A stretch of 25,395 nt of DNA from Geosiphon pyriformis uo1 (Eukaryota > Fungi > Glomeromycota): contig JAAOMT010000597.1 in NCBI GenBank assembly GCA_016748015.1, positions 636,497 through 661,891 of the forward strand, read 5' to 3'. Below, piece after piece: positions 11,394 through 23,845 of the stretch. The translations under genes were made by a program, and so were the position numbers. How positions within the stretch are numbered: position 1 is the stretch's first letter; every line of letters starts with the position of its first letter. Below the pieces are notes generated by a model. It did not search any database, was not told the origin of the DNA, and saw only the letters and a program-made list of their open reading frames with translations.

Positions 11394-12339
11394 TTTAGTT
11401 TTTAGGTAAAGTGGGATGCTGACAGCTTTATATAAAATTTCTATCTTTTTGAAGTTACATCATCATTACGATGTTATTGTAACAAAGATTATTTTTAGCA
11501 GATAGATTGATGTATGAGTTAAAATGTGTCATAAATGATGAGTATAGCGTTCAGAGAATTCCACATTTGGAGAATTCTTTATGAGTCCCTAAATCTTTGA
11601 CCAAGTAAAAAGTTCCATGATTAGATTAATTCATAAAATATTTTTAGGAGAAAGACAACTGAAATAATTTTAGAAATATTCCTGGACAACTATTTTTGCT
11701 TGAAAAAGTTTTTTATCATAAATCTTGATCTTTTCTAAAAAAAAAAAGGTTTATCTGCCAATTCAATAGATCTCAGAGTAAAAAATTGGTTTAAAATATT
11801 TTGACACGTATTCCGGCTAATAAATTTTAAATATGTTAAAATTTAATCAAATAAATAAATTTTAATTAAAAACGTAAACTAGAATATTTTCAGTTATTTT
11901 TAAAAAATTCAAAAACCAACCCAATTTAACACGAATATAATAGTTACAACTATTCAGCATATTTAAATTTTCTAATTTAAATATGATAGTAACACATATT
12001 TAATGAATTTATAAACTCAATAAAGCTTTCAAGTATGTTTCATCTTTTTATTTCCAGATTCGATTTTTCTTAAAAAGCTTATTGCTAAATTTGAATTGCC
12101 CGATTCTAACTGATTTGCAATCTTTGCTGATCCTCCATATCAATTTCCAGTTGGTCAAAAAAAAAATACTGCTTGGAATATACATTTCAATATCTTTATA
12201 AAAACATATTTCTAAAATTCAAAAGATGCTGAATAATTATTTGTGGTTTTATAATGAGGTAAAAAAAAAAACATATGGTAAATTTTTCCTCATGAAATAT
12301 AGTCTTCCCACAATCCACTATTCGAGTACATGTGTTTTC

Positions 12340-12900
12340 TATTTTTGTTAATAAATAAGCTGACATTGCTTTTTTTATATTAATCTGATTAAATTAATTT
12401 TAATAGTTTGCAAAATTATTTTATGATAAACTGTTTTAATTTGCTTGGTATTACTTTACAAAAATTTATATAAAACTGTTAAAAAATTAATAAAATTTTT
12501 ATGTTTAAAATTAAAATTTTGCTTAATTTGTCAATTCTTACCAAGTAATAGTTTAATTAATTTAATATATAATATATAAAAAACAAATTTAAGTTTATTA
12601 TTTCTCAAATAAATTTTAATTATATGATTAAAAATCAGTTTTGTTTGTCTATATTATTGCTGATTTTAGTTATAATTAATTTAATATCAAATATAAATAT
12701 AAATAAATATATATACAATATTATAAAAAACACCTTTAATGAAATAAAAACAACAAATTGTAATTCATTAACATATTATTGTTATGACCAAAATGGTCAT
12801 AATTGTCAAATTTTAATAATCTGTTTTTTTCATTTAAGTTTTTGGAACGTAAATACCTAATAGAAATACCCAAGGAAATTTAAAATTAATAAAATTAAAA
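12340..12900 (+). mobile_element. AT-rich retroelement relic containing a degenerate Gag CCHC zinc knuckle
   Basis: 12771-12806 reads TYYCYDQNGHNC; reverting only transitions (tat>tgt, tgt>cgt, tat>tgt, gac>ggc) gives TCYRCGQNGH. It is preceded by N-rich low complexity and the block is almost CpG-free. Confidence 0.45.
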
Positions 12901-15130
12901 ATATTTTGAGTTTAAATGAAATTCCTCTTAAATTGTATAGACAAAACATCTTGCGATAAAAACAAAATAAGCTAAGAACCAAAAAGTTTTTCGAATTATG
13001 TAACCTTCAATTTTTTGAAATAGTTATAGAAATTTATAATTGAGGGTGATTCTATTTCAAGTAAAATACTATTTTAAAATCTTGGCCTCAAAACTAAAAT
13101 TTAAAAAGAGAAATTAGTCAAAGGGAAACCCTTAAATCAGCATATATTTATTTTTACCATTTAAATCGATAGGCCTAAACATCTATTATCATGAAAATAG
13201 GTAAAACACTCCCATATTGAGCTAACCATATATATTTTTGAAATATGCTAGTCTACGTCAGTAAATTTGGACGCCTTCTAACTAAAGTATTTAAAGAAGC
13301 AACCCCCAAATAACAAATGAAGTTTTGCGCATAAGATTTTTATTATCTTTCATCATCATAAACTCGTACATCCAAATATAGTTTTAACCAAACCAAAAAA
13401 ATAAGAAGATAAATCTAATAAAATATTGCTTTGATATGAAAGAGCCCTGTTTTGTGCGCGCCATTCATACTCAATAATTCTTTCTATTGCTAAATTTTAC
13501 CTTTCTGATCATTGTGGAATGGACTGAGCTTCTGCTGATATAGTTCTTTGATTTTAAAAATATTATAAATGTTATGTTCGAAGATTTCTGGCGTATGTTA
13601 ATGTTTGGAAGTACTACGAAAGACTCATACGCTGAATATTTAATTGTATTGTGAAAAGAAGACTCTTTTATTCAATTCTCGGAAGATATTAACATTAGAT
13701 GTGAATGGATGGATATTTAATTATTGAGACTTATATTTTTGAGATTCACTTTATCAATAAAAATTTATCGATAACTAAAAACTGGTTTCGAGAATAAATT
13801 GACGGTCAAATTTGAGATTAAGTGAGGTAATAGTGAATAAAAAGACTTTGAACTTACCAGGGTAGGTTTTAAAGTTCTCTGGAAGTGCTTCAGAAATTAT
13901 ATTCATCCAATAGAGATTATGATTTCCACTGATTAAAATAATTTTTGAGAAGGTTTCTTAAAAGGCTGATTTTATCGCCAAAGGGTGAAAATTTATCTAA
14001 TACCGTATGACAATATATGTAAGCAATTTTTTTTAATCTTCATCTATGTTATCCCATATTTTAAGTCTAGCAATCACCAAATCTCAGGCTGGGCATTTAA
14101 AAATAATGCATATTCCTCGATCATCAAAGTTATTTCTTTGATTATAAATGAAAAATTATGTGCCGAATTTTGTTGCTTGAGTTCTCAAAAATCAAACTTT
14201 TTATTTTTCTTCAATAATAGTAGTTGAATTAAAGTTTCCTTTAAGGAAATCCTTTTTAATTTTTGATAATGTGGTGATTCTTGAACAATGGGAGAAGTTT
14301 CTTATTGCACTTATTTTATATGTTTACTCCTGGGATAGGAAAACTTGCAGTTGTTATACTTATCAAATTTTAAAATTTACATTAAAATAATAATTTGATT
14401 GATTAATTTGCTCAATTTTATTGCAAGTCTTCAGCTGAAAATGTATATCAAGAATTGGTTATGTCACAGATTCATCCCTAAAAAATACATCAAAATTTAT
14501 ATCAAAAGAATACCCTAAATATTTTTCACATTAAAAAAATTGTGATTTAGTTTTGGTTTCACTATCAAAACAAAATGGAAGATTTATTGTAAAAAATTTT
14601 TTAGTTAAAATATTACTACTGGCGCAAACCAACCAACGATCTTACATACTGTTTAATTTCAGAATGGCTATGAGATTCCAGGTCCTATTTGATTTTAAAC
14701 GGCGACAAAAAAAAAGATTTTGATTTAAAACTATAAATTAGAAGAAGTTTGAAAACGCTTAATTATGATAAGATCAATGCTAAATGGACAAAAGAGTTTC
14801 TTTTAAAAACCAGCAAATCAATTATTATATTGATAATTTAAAAGCCTTGACTTTAAAAAAAATGAATTGTTGAACAAGGTATTAGCAAAGCCAATTCATT
14901 TGTTAAAGTCAGCAATATATATCTAAATTTGATAAATATTGATCTTTATTTTAACAAAAGACACAAATTGTTTACAGCTTTAAATTATATATTACGAATA
15001 ATTTAATATGAAAAAAATTTTTTTTTATTACTAAACACTATAATCACCAATTTAAATATATGGCAATTAATAATTTAAATTCTTTATTTAGTTAGAATAA
15101 TAATATTAATAATAATATATTTTCGAATTA

Positions 15131-15315
15131 CCCCAATTGTAATATTCACAATTGAAAATATTTTTATTTTGATTATTATATTATAAATCCACTTGAATAT
15201 ATATTACTTTTTAAATTTATTGTATTTAATTATGTGAGAGTTATTTAATTGCTATCGTGAAATTAAATTTTTCTCTTTTAATACTTAATTAATTCTTCCC
15301 CAATTGTAACACTCA
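15131..15315. repeat. 18-bp direct repeats (CCCCAATTGTAA[T/C]A[T/C]TCA) flanking a 149-bp AT-rich segment
   Basis: Copies at 15131-15148 and 15298-15315 differ at two C/T positions. Confidence 0.65.
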
Positions 15316-15565
15316 TTTTAAGAACAAAAGTTCAAAATTATGCCATTCCTTTAAATTTAAACCTTAAATTTAGAATTATCATCATACAGACGAAATTCAT
15401 ATGTCACATTCCTCGATCATGTGAGAATATCTTACGTTATTCATGATAGAATTGATTCATAGAGCTAAATCATTTTTACTTTTTTATTCTTCATTTATCA
15501 TATATTTCACCACCTAAATCTCGATCTTTTACTTTCAAACACTAATTTTATTATTAACACCCACT

Positions 15566-16478
15566 ATGACTAATGTACCCTATGAACTGGCTCTTCAAGA
15601 ATATGGTTTCCCAGTGGACCAAGAAGCAACTAATTATGCTGGCTCAATTGCTATAGAAGAAAACGATAAAGCTTTTGTCATTACTGTCAGTCTTCCGGTA
15701 ATTATCAGAATATGAAACCGCTTGCGTTACAGAATATTTGTCATTCAAAGTTTTCCACTGTTATATCATTTCTCAAAGGATTTCCACGTCGAGTACAAAA
15801 TCATTGGGGAAATCCTTGCAATTTTTGGGATTATTAAGAATTTCGCCGGAAGTGTATCGCTTCCCTTGAGCATGACATCGGTAGATAATTTGAATGCAGT
15901 GTCTAAAGTTGGAATGACTTTCAAAGACGGTGAGGTTACTTCATCTGCTGATACGGCAGCTCTTATAGAAACCAAGGAATCTTTTATGGATCCGTTGATT
16001 TCAGACGATTTTGAATTTGGAATTGAAACTACAACTAAAAAAGAATGTAAGGATGAGTCAAGGATTAAATTAGTGGCAACCACCGTCGCAGGAATGACTG
16101 CGATCAAGCGGGAAAAGGAACAAAGATTTTATCAAAGATTTTGTCACCCTATAAAACTGCCACTTGAAATTATTGATGTCGAAACTCGGCATGAATGGGA
16201 AGTTGATGGAAATTTAAACATCTTAATGCCTAAGAAAGAAATTTCCGAAGTCATCCTTCACAAAAAAGTACGAAAAGTTTCTTTATCATTTTACCTTTTG
16301 AAATTATCAAAATTCATTCATTTGCCTTTTTCTACAATCGTTACACTTTCAGGATCAGACAGCTATGTTGCCTTTGGAAGACTATAGTCATGACCCGGCC
16401 CATCGTAAAGCATCTGAATTGCACAAATTTATGGAGATTGTCTCGAACTTTCTTAATTCAGGCTTAAACTATGCTTAA
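15566..16478 (+). CDS. Small heat-shock protein (Hsp20/alpha-crystallin domain); predicted exons 15566-15697, 15779-16267, 16353-16478, 248 aa
   Basis: Exon 1 ends IAIEENDKAFVITVSLP (beta2-beta3). Exon 2 begins DFHVEYKIIGEILAIFG (beta4-beta5) and ends QRFYQRFCHPIKLP...DGNLNILMPK (beta7-beta9). Both introns (81 and 85 nt) are GT-AG, phase 0, and keep frame; exon 3 reads DQTAMLP...GLNYA*. Confidence 0.82.
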
Positions 16479-16959
16479 AATTTACATTAATTTAGAGTCG
16501 GTGAAATTTTATAAATCATTTAAGTCGCAGGATTTCTGATTTCAAAAATTTATTTTTGGTTTATTGAGACATCAGGGTATTAAAACAATCATTGAACGAA
16601 GCTAATTATCAAGAATGGCTTACAATGTCCATTTAACTCAAATTTTGGTTTTGTTTACTTTGACAAACGTGATCCTGAGCTTCGAACAGGTATAAATAAT
16701 ATTCGAATAGAACGTAAATACAGTGATGTTTTTTTACGTTTCTCTTCATCGCCACATTTATCCAGCTCCAAGAAACAGAGAAACATAGGATGACAGAAAC
16801 AACATTTTCTACTATTGAAAAGGTTGACCTCACACCCTTAATGTTGTGACTTGGTGACAATGTTACGCTAATGGTTCTTTTAATACGTCCTTACCATTTT
16901 TTTTCGGATTTTTGATTGTTGATTAACTTTATTGTTTTGTTTTAATCTTATCAGACTGT

Positions 16960-19900
16960 TTGGGTAAACTCATTGATTGTTATAACTGTTGCCAACAAAT
17001 TTGCTGAAAAAGTTTTTGTTATTAATATGATCCTTATTTGCTTTATGCAAAAACAATATTCAGCAAAAAGAAAGAGAAAACAAATAAAAGATAAAAAAGT
17101 GTATTATAAAAACAAGCTTTTAAGAAATTTCTCTAATTTATTTTTCAATAAAATTATTTAGATTTAAAATTCAAATATATATGCTATTTCTTTTGAGGCC
17201 AAGGTTTTATTCCAATTGTTAAAATTAAGATATCTGTAAATGTTAAGGTAAAAAATTAAAAATAATGATAACATGAGTTGGAAAATTGCAAAAAAATAGT
17301 ATAAAAAATGGAAAGTAAACATATTTTTATTTAATAAATGATTTTTTGAAAAATTGTAAACCAATTTATACTAATTCTTTGGTTAATTCTATTTACAGAT
17401 AAAAAAAAAAAATTTTATTAAAAAATGTATTTTCATAACTTTGTAAACATTGTTTTGTTATAAAAAATATTACAAAAATGCTAAAATAATATAAAACTTT
17501 TGTGAAAGCTAAATAAATAACTTAATAGTTTTAATTTTAATTTTTTGTTGCAATTAGCTTAAAGTTTAATAATCTTAATACTTAACAACAAACAAATAAA
17601 CTTGTTTAATGCTATAACTGTTGTCATATTCCAATTCGAAATAGTATTAAAAAATCAAATTTGGAATATTGTTATCAAAATAGTTTTTTTAATGTTTTAT
17701 TAATGTTTAATAATATTGGTCAATTGTAAATTGTTAAAGAATTAAATAGTGTAATTTTTTAATCATATTAAAGAAAACAACAAATCTGATATTTACCAAT
17801 TTTGATTTTTTTACCAATATAATTTAATAATATACTTAATTACTTTTAAAATCAAGATAAATTTAAAAAATAAAATATTTTTATAATTTTATAAAAGTTA
17901 ATACTAATAAATTAATTATTATATTGTTGTTTTAATTGAAATTTTGATAAAATTATTTAACAATTTTTCGATATACAGTTTTCACTAAAAATAATATTAA
18001 ATCAAAACTTGAAATTGCAATTTTTCAACAAACTGATTTTAAAACAACTAAAAAATCCAACCTTAAAATAAACAATTTATATATCAACTAGTTATTTACA
18101 AAATACATAATATACAATTATAATAATTTTAAAACTTTATGAAAAACATTAAAAATGACTTAAACAACATTCAAAAATTTTTTTAATATTAATGTATTTT
18201 ACTTTTATAAAAATAAATTATAAAATTGTTAAGTATTTCAATAAAATAATTATTATAAATAATAAGATAATTTAAATAATTATATATAATATCAAATATA
18301 ATATTGTTATAATATTGTTATTAACATTTTAATTTAAAAAAATTATTCATTATTTACTTTTTAGCAGAATAGTAGCATTTTAATCAAAATGTTAAATTTG
18401 TATTCATTTATTTTATTTAAATTTAGCATTATAATTAAAAAATATTTAATTAAAAAATTTAATATTGAACCAAATATTCTTAAACAATTAATGCAATAAT
18501 ATATTTTTAAATATAAACTTATATTAAATAAAGTTTTTGAATGTTTATAAACAATATAAATTAACAAATTGGCAAAAGGATATGTTAAATGGAATAGATA
18601 AATATTACTATTACTTAATCTTTTGAAACACTTTTGCTTTTATATTTAATTTTATTAAAACAATTTAATTTTCTAATTTGTTTTTCATATTTAATGACAT
18701 AAATTATTTTATATTATTGTAAATTGATTTTTTTTAAATGTAATTTATAACTTGTATTTTTAATATTATCACTTTTTTGTTTCTAATATATTGATTGACT
18801 TATTAAAATCCTAAATTTATAAAATTAACATTATTTTCTTAAATGCAAAAATTCCAGTCACATAAAATGGTTAAGTTTAAATTTTTGAACAAAATAAGTT
18901 TTTAAGTTTATAAGTTTATAAATTTTAATTACCTAAAATTTTCAAAGTTAATAACTTTTTTTGCCTTCTAATTTTGTAAAGTTTATATTTAGAGTTGAGA
19001 CAAAAAACAATTACTATTTCTGTTAATTTAATTAGAAAAACAACAATTAAAAAAGTTTTTTACAGGAGTAAAAACAATTTAATAAAATCTTATAAAAGCA
19101 TTTTTCTAAATTAAACAGATTTCAAACAACTTTTGGTTATTTAATACACTTTTTTTAATTGAATATTTTTTTATTCTTTAACAAATTTTACAACAATTAT
19201 TATTATTATTATTGTTGTTGTTGTTGTTATTGTTGTTGTTTTTAAATAGCTAATAATTTAAAAACGAACTTTTTGGCATTTTTTAAAGAATTAATTTTGT
19301 TTTTTTAAAAACTCCAAAATTATTATTATTATTTTCAAGCCAAAATTAAATAAATAATACAGTTTTAACATATAAATTGTTAAATATAATTTAATATTTA
19401 CAATATATATATATTTTATAATAAATAAAAATTATGTATTTTCTAAACAAAATTAGTCATTTAAACTAATTAAAACTACATTACTTTAAAATATTGTATA
19501 CAATTATTTGGCTTTATATATAATTATTTTAAATTTTTATTACATTAAGCTTTTTTGTTATATTTTAAAGCAAAATTTAATATGTTTATTAAAACACTTA
19601 TTATATTATTTAAACAGTAAACAAACTTTAGCAAATACTTTATAATTTTTTTAAAAAATTTTAATATATTAAATAATAATAAATTTACTAGATATTTTAA
19701 ATTTTATTCAGTTTTTTTCTTAGATTTACCAATAATTAGCTTATTTTTTTAATATTTGTTTTACAAAGCTGTTTAAATTAGTTTTTATTAACACTAAATT
19801 TTCTATTTGTTTTTGTTTAAATTAAAAAAATACTGTTGTTTATATTTGATTAAAATTAATTGCTTTTATTGAAATTAATAAAACATAAAACCAATATTTT

Positions 19901-20930
19901 GATTCTTAAAAAAGAAAAAACTACAAGCAAAACAAAAAACTTTTGTTGAAAATTTATCTTATCAGATAACTAATAAATAAAAACTTTTAATATTAATTTG
20001 CTAAAAGTTACACAATTTTTATTTATAGCTAAAGCATTATTCTCATTATTTATATATTAATTTTCAATTTTTAACACATTTTTATTTTTAGACTTTTAAA
20101 TCAATTAAGAAATACTAAAATATTTAATAAATAATATTTTTAAAATTATTATGATCATAAATTCAAAATTATTGATACTCAATTTTTATTAAAATTTATC
20201 CAAAATTACAGCATTTTTAATATTTTTAAATTAATTTCACATTTATATTTATATTTATTTTCATATATGCTAATTTCACCAGTCTTATTTTGTTCAACCA
20301 AATGAATTTAACTTTATTATTAAATTAATTTTTACAATAGCACATTAATAAGTTTATGTATTTTATTGCATTTTTTTATAAGCTGAATTTTGTTAAAATT
20401 AATTATGTTTAATCGTAATTCTATTTTAACAATAATAATAATATTTAAATAAGATTCAAATTTTATTGTTCTAAGTTAATAAATTTATTAAATTATGATA
20501 TATATAATATTTTAAAATTTTAAGTAGTTTAATTATCAATTCCAAAACAACATGTAAATATAAAATATAGTCTTAAACTAAATCTTATTTAATCAATTTG
20601 GTTTAATTTTTATGAAAAAACAAAGTTCTAGTGATGAATTAAGCTTGTTCAAAGCCCAATCAAAAATTTTTGGCATAAAATTAAGAATTAAGTTAATCCT
20701 AAAATTTATTTTTGCAAAACCAGTCAAAGAATTTAGGCTATTTTGATAAATAAATAACTCAGTTAATTTTTCCAATTTCAAATTTTTATATATAAAAATT
20801 TTAGTATTTGATTTCTTTTGTAAGCCACATTATATCTAAATAATTGTTTCTTGTATTATGTTTAAAAATGATACTAATAATATTAATAGAATTTAATAAA
20901 GTCAATACCCAAAAAATTAACTTCAGCATG
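16960..20930. mobile_element. ~4-kb extremely AT-rich, CpG-depleted block, probably hypermutated retrotransposon relic(s)
   Basis: Sharp drop in GC relative to flanks, about four CpG counted by eye in ~4 kb, and no credible ORFs. The minus strand has a CAA/TAA tract (19197-19240) and a possible eroded retropepsin motif at 18626-18649. Confidence 0.5.
19197..19240. repeat. Mixed (TAT)n/(TGT)n trinucleotide tract
   Basis: tattattattattattgttgttgttgttgttattgttgttgtt; reads as CAA/TAA repeats on the minus strand. Confidence 0.85.
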
Positions 20931-21125
20931 GCTGTCAAATATTAAAATAAAACGAGTTTTTAATAGTAAATTCTGATTCTTAAAATTAACAAGTAAAAAT
21001 TTATTGTAAATAATAAAATAAATATTTTGCAAAAAAACAAATTCTCATAAATCTTTGACTAAAATCAAGAATTGGTATGCCTCATTCATAAGTTTGTGGA
21101 ACCAAAAAATTTTTGTGAACAGCTC

Positions 21126-21155
21126 TGACCAAATACTTCATGAAGTACTCGGTCA
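21126..21155. repeat. 30-bp near-perfect palindrome TGACCAAATACTTCA|TGAAGTACTCGGTCA
   Basis: 15-bp arms with two mismatches and no spacer. Confidence 0.85.
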
Positions 21156-21908
21156 CAAAATACAAATTTACTACATGTAACAAACAGAAAGAGATTAAAA
21201 TTTTGTTTTGAAAATTTTTTATTTTTTGAAGGGTTTTGGGCTGTTGCACACGCTTACTATTAGAACACACAAACATACTGTTTAATGGGAAATTCCAAAT
21301 TTAATTGTAGCAACATAATGAAAATCAATTTTATATGAAAAATTCGAATTTTCTATAAATTTTAGTATAATGAACAGGAATTAGCTTACAAGAAAAAAGT
21401 TAGTGGAGTCAAAAAGTACTGATACCTCTTAATGAAAGATTTATAATACATGTATAACTTTTTTTCTGGTAATAGTTATTTCTAACCCAATCCTGATTTA
21501 TATAAATTTTTATTGACTTGGGTTTCCAGTTTTCATTGAAAAGCGAATGAAATGATCAATGTGTATCGCACGGAGGTATTGCCTATTTATTAATGTTGCT
21601 TACAAGATAAAAAAAATCCATAATGTAATAAGGTTTGATAGAAAACTTTCAGCAAATGTTGGATAAATTATTTTTTGAAATCTCCTTCAAGGATTGGAAG
21701 ATAATGTAACATTATATACAACTTGCATCGTGTTTTGTTATACTTTAAATCCTGGAATTATATTTAAATAAACAGGATTTTGAAAAAAGTCCTTTGTGGG
21801 AAGATAATATTTAACATGGAATACTGCTAAATTTTTTGTAAACCGTATACTTAATCAGAGCTGAGACAGTCCAATTTCAAAGGAAGTAAGTAAAGTTCTT
21901 TTTTAAAT

Positions 21909-22127
21909 TCATGCTGACCAACTAATTTCATCCAGTAGGGCAAGTAAAGATCGTTGTTGATCCACCCAGATGTTATATCCATTAATCGTTTCATCAAAGT
22001 GGGATTTAGCGAAAGATAATGATGTGCTGTGGCCGGTATAATGAGAAAGTGGGTTTGATGGATCAGAGTAGTAAAGAAGGAATGGGGTGGAAAGCAAAAG
22101 AATGAAAACGGTGATATTCTGTATCAT
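21909..22127 (-). CDS. Small ORF (72 aa) with an N-terminal hydrophobic signal/anchor; possibly the 5' part of a disrupted longer gene
   Basis: Hydrophobic start MIQNITVFILLLSTPFLLYYS, A-rich start context and locally higher GC. Protein-like sequence continues downstream after a frameshift, with stops. Confidence 0.4.
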   Translation of the reverse strand: MIQNITVFILLLSTPFLLYYSDPSNPLSHYTGHSTSLSFAKSHFDETINGYNIWVDQQRSLLALLDEISWSA

Positions 22128-22564
22128 TTTACCAAAGAAAAATTTTTGCTAAAATTAAAATTGACTTTTTATCTTTTAAGGGGATAATTTATCAATTGGT
22201 CTCTGAAGTAATTTACGTTTTCAGATTGAAAGGAATTAGAGTGTAAAAGCCTATACTTTATACCGAACAAAAAAGGTTCATGGCATTTAAAAAATAGCAA
22301 TGACCTAGTCGTCCTATGTCTTTTTATGGTTCCCACAGCCGTTTCACAAATTTGGTATCACATGAGAAATGTGCCATTTAGGATGTGAATTTATTGTCAT
22401 TTAAATTTTCAAGATATCGATTAAAAATTGGTTGGATAAAAAAAGCAGCATGAGTGGCATTTTTAGTTTGCTCTTGGGATTTGAGAATTTTTAATTTGAA
22501 AGGCAGTCAAAGATCAAAATCTTTATTATTATCTGTTAAAATAATTAGCAATAAATGAGTTTGA

Positions 22565-22948
22565 GCAATTCTGAAAAACAATGATAGAAAGTCTTGGCAG
22601 ACGAATCTCAGATGTAAAGTATATCATTCTTACTGCGAAATACCGCGTGACATTAACGCCAAGAACTGGATTGAAAATCTTACTTTTTATGGTTATTCAA
22701 CCGAATCAATTGTGTGAGAAATGTTGGACGACATGCCAATCTCGGAAAATTGCTCAACCACGATCTATTTTAAAAAATTTCGGAACATGGATTGCGGATT
22801 TACAAATGCGTATTTGTTCTTTCTGCTTTGGATTTTCGATAATCATTAGGAAATTTTCAAAGATATTCTTACAATATTTGTAAGTATTGCTACATGGTTT
22901 AGTAAACATGAGCTAGAAATAAAGTTTAGCGGCAACTTTTGGGGCTAA
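22565..22948 (+). pseudogene. Candidate pseudogene, possibly a decayed HMG-box-like gene
   Basis: A frame not in the ORF track runs 128 codons with only two internal stops (TGA 22715, TAG 22847). It contains FTNAYLFFLLWIF...FVSIATWFSK...NFWG, weakly like HMG helix 1 (NAF+LF) and downstream helices. Confidence 0.3.
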
Positions 22949-23719
22949 AAAAGAGGATGGGCTCACTAGCTGCCTGGAAATCTAGTGCTTAAAGATAAAT
23001 CAATTGAGTAACAGTTAATCCTCATTTCAATCAAGAAGTCGATCTTTCGCCCCAATTTTGGAACCTGCTCCGAGATTTTTTATTCATATACCAAGTTGGA
23101 AATAAAATTTCCAATAATTTATATAAGGCCTATCCGATTAGAGCAAAAGTGTGAAAATCATTTTCAAAAAGGTTTATTGACGTTCAAGTTGCATGATTTT
23201 ATTCTTGAATAAATAGTGCCCATATAAATGTTAATTTTGTTTCACATGTTTCCATTTTGGTCACATCAGTCCATTTTTGAAATTGTTGCATGCATTATTT
23301 TGCCTTGTGCGCACAAATTGACTAAAAAAAATTCAGAATTTGAGACATCTAGTCTCATGTTGAAAGATAACTAATGAGTAACTTGGATGATCAAGGGCTA
23401 AAAAACGCCACCTAGGAAGCAATTTATTTGATTTAAAACCTTTTGAATGGGCTATAAATCTATAAGTTTATCAAAGCCAAAAAGTTACTAATTCTATAAC
23501 ACTATTTCTAAATTTGAGTTTTATAAAAGGATTAAATTTTCATTTAAGAATATGTTGAGTCGAGAAAATCATTAATTTTAATTTTCACTAAAAACAAATC
23601 TCAAAATACAAATTTCCCAAATGGTTACAACTCTAAACTTTGTTAATGTTCTATGAGCGCGCCTATTCCATGTCGTGGAAAATGCAAAAACATTGTAGCT
23701 TTTGAGCCTTAATGTTGAT

Positions 23720-23845
23720 ATCTATTTTTTCTTAAGTCCTTGATATAAAATCTGAAGTAAGGGCGGAAGGAGCAATTTTGTTTACGGCTTCTTTATCTTC
23801 AGGGGTGGGATATTGCTGATTTAAATATTCTTGTAGGGTGGTCAT
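23720..23845 (-). pseudogene. 5' fragment resembling Mollicutes-related endobacterium (MRE) LRR-protein genes
   Basis: ATG at 23845 gives MTTLQEYLNQQYPTPEDKEAVNKIAPSALTSDFISRT*EKID, matching the recalled MRE N-terminal motif MTTLQEYLNQKYPT.EDK..VK.I...EKIDGGELDL. Premature TAA at 23734-23732; similarity ends after EKID. Confidence 0.6.

Noticed and set aside
13384-13464. Minus-strand ORF starting MARTKQ, like histone H3
   Set aside because: It diverges immediately (GSFISKQYF...) and stops after 26 aa, with no splice donor leading to further H3 sequence; most likely chance.
13200-14350. Possible decayed minus-strand gene (fragments such as QP-RFGD, IEEYALF, ERIIEYEWRAQNRALSYQ; lipase class 3-like?)
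   Set aside because: Needs several assumed frameshifts and motif spacing is inconsistent; cannot be supported without a search.
15380-15560. Heat-shock element upstream of Hsp20
   Set aside because: GAA/TTC words are present but not in an array with canonical nGAAnnTTCn spacing.
16633-16860. Minus-strand 75-aa ORF in a slightly GC-richer patch
   Set aside because: Non-ATG start and no recognisable motif in any frame.
1332-20781. Short AT-rich ORFs in the track (1332, 3014, 12624, 13985, 16973, 17164, 18361, 20593)
   Set aside because: Low-complexity I/K/N/F/L composition, often non-ATG starts, and most lie within eroded repeat DNA.
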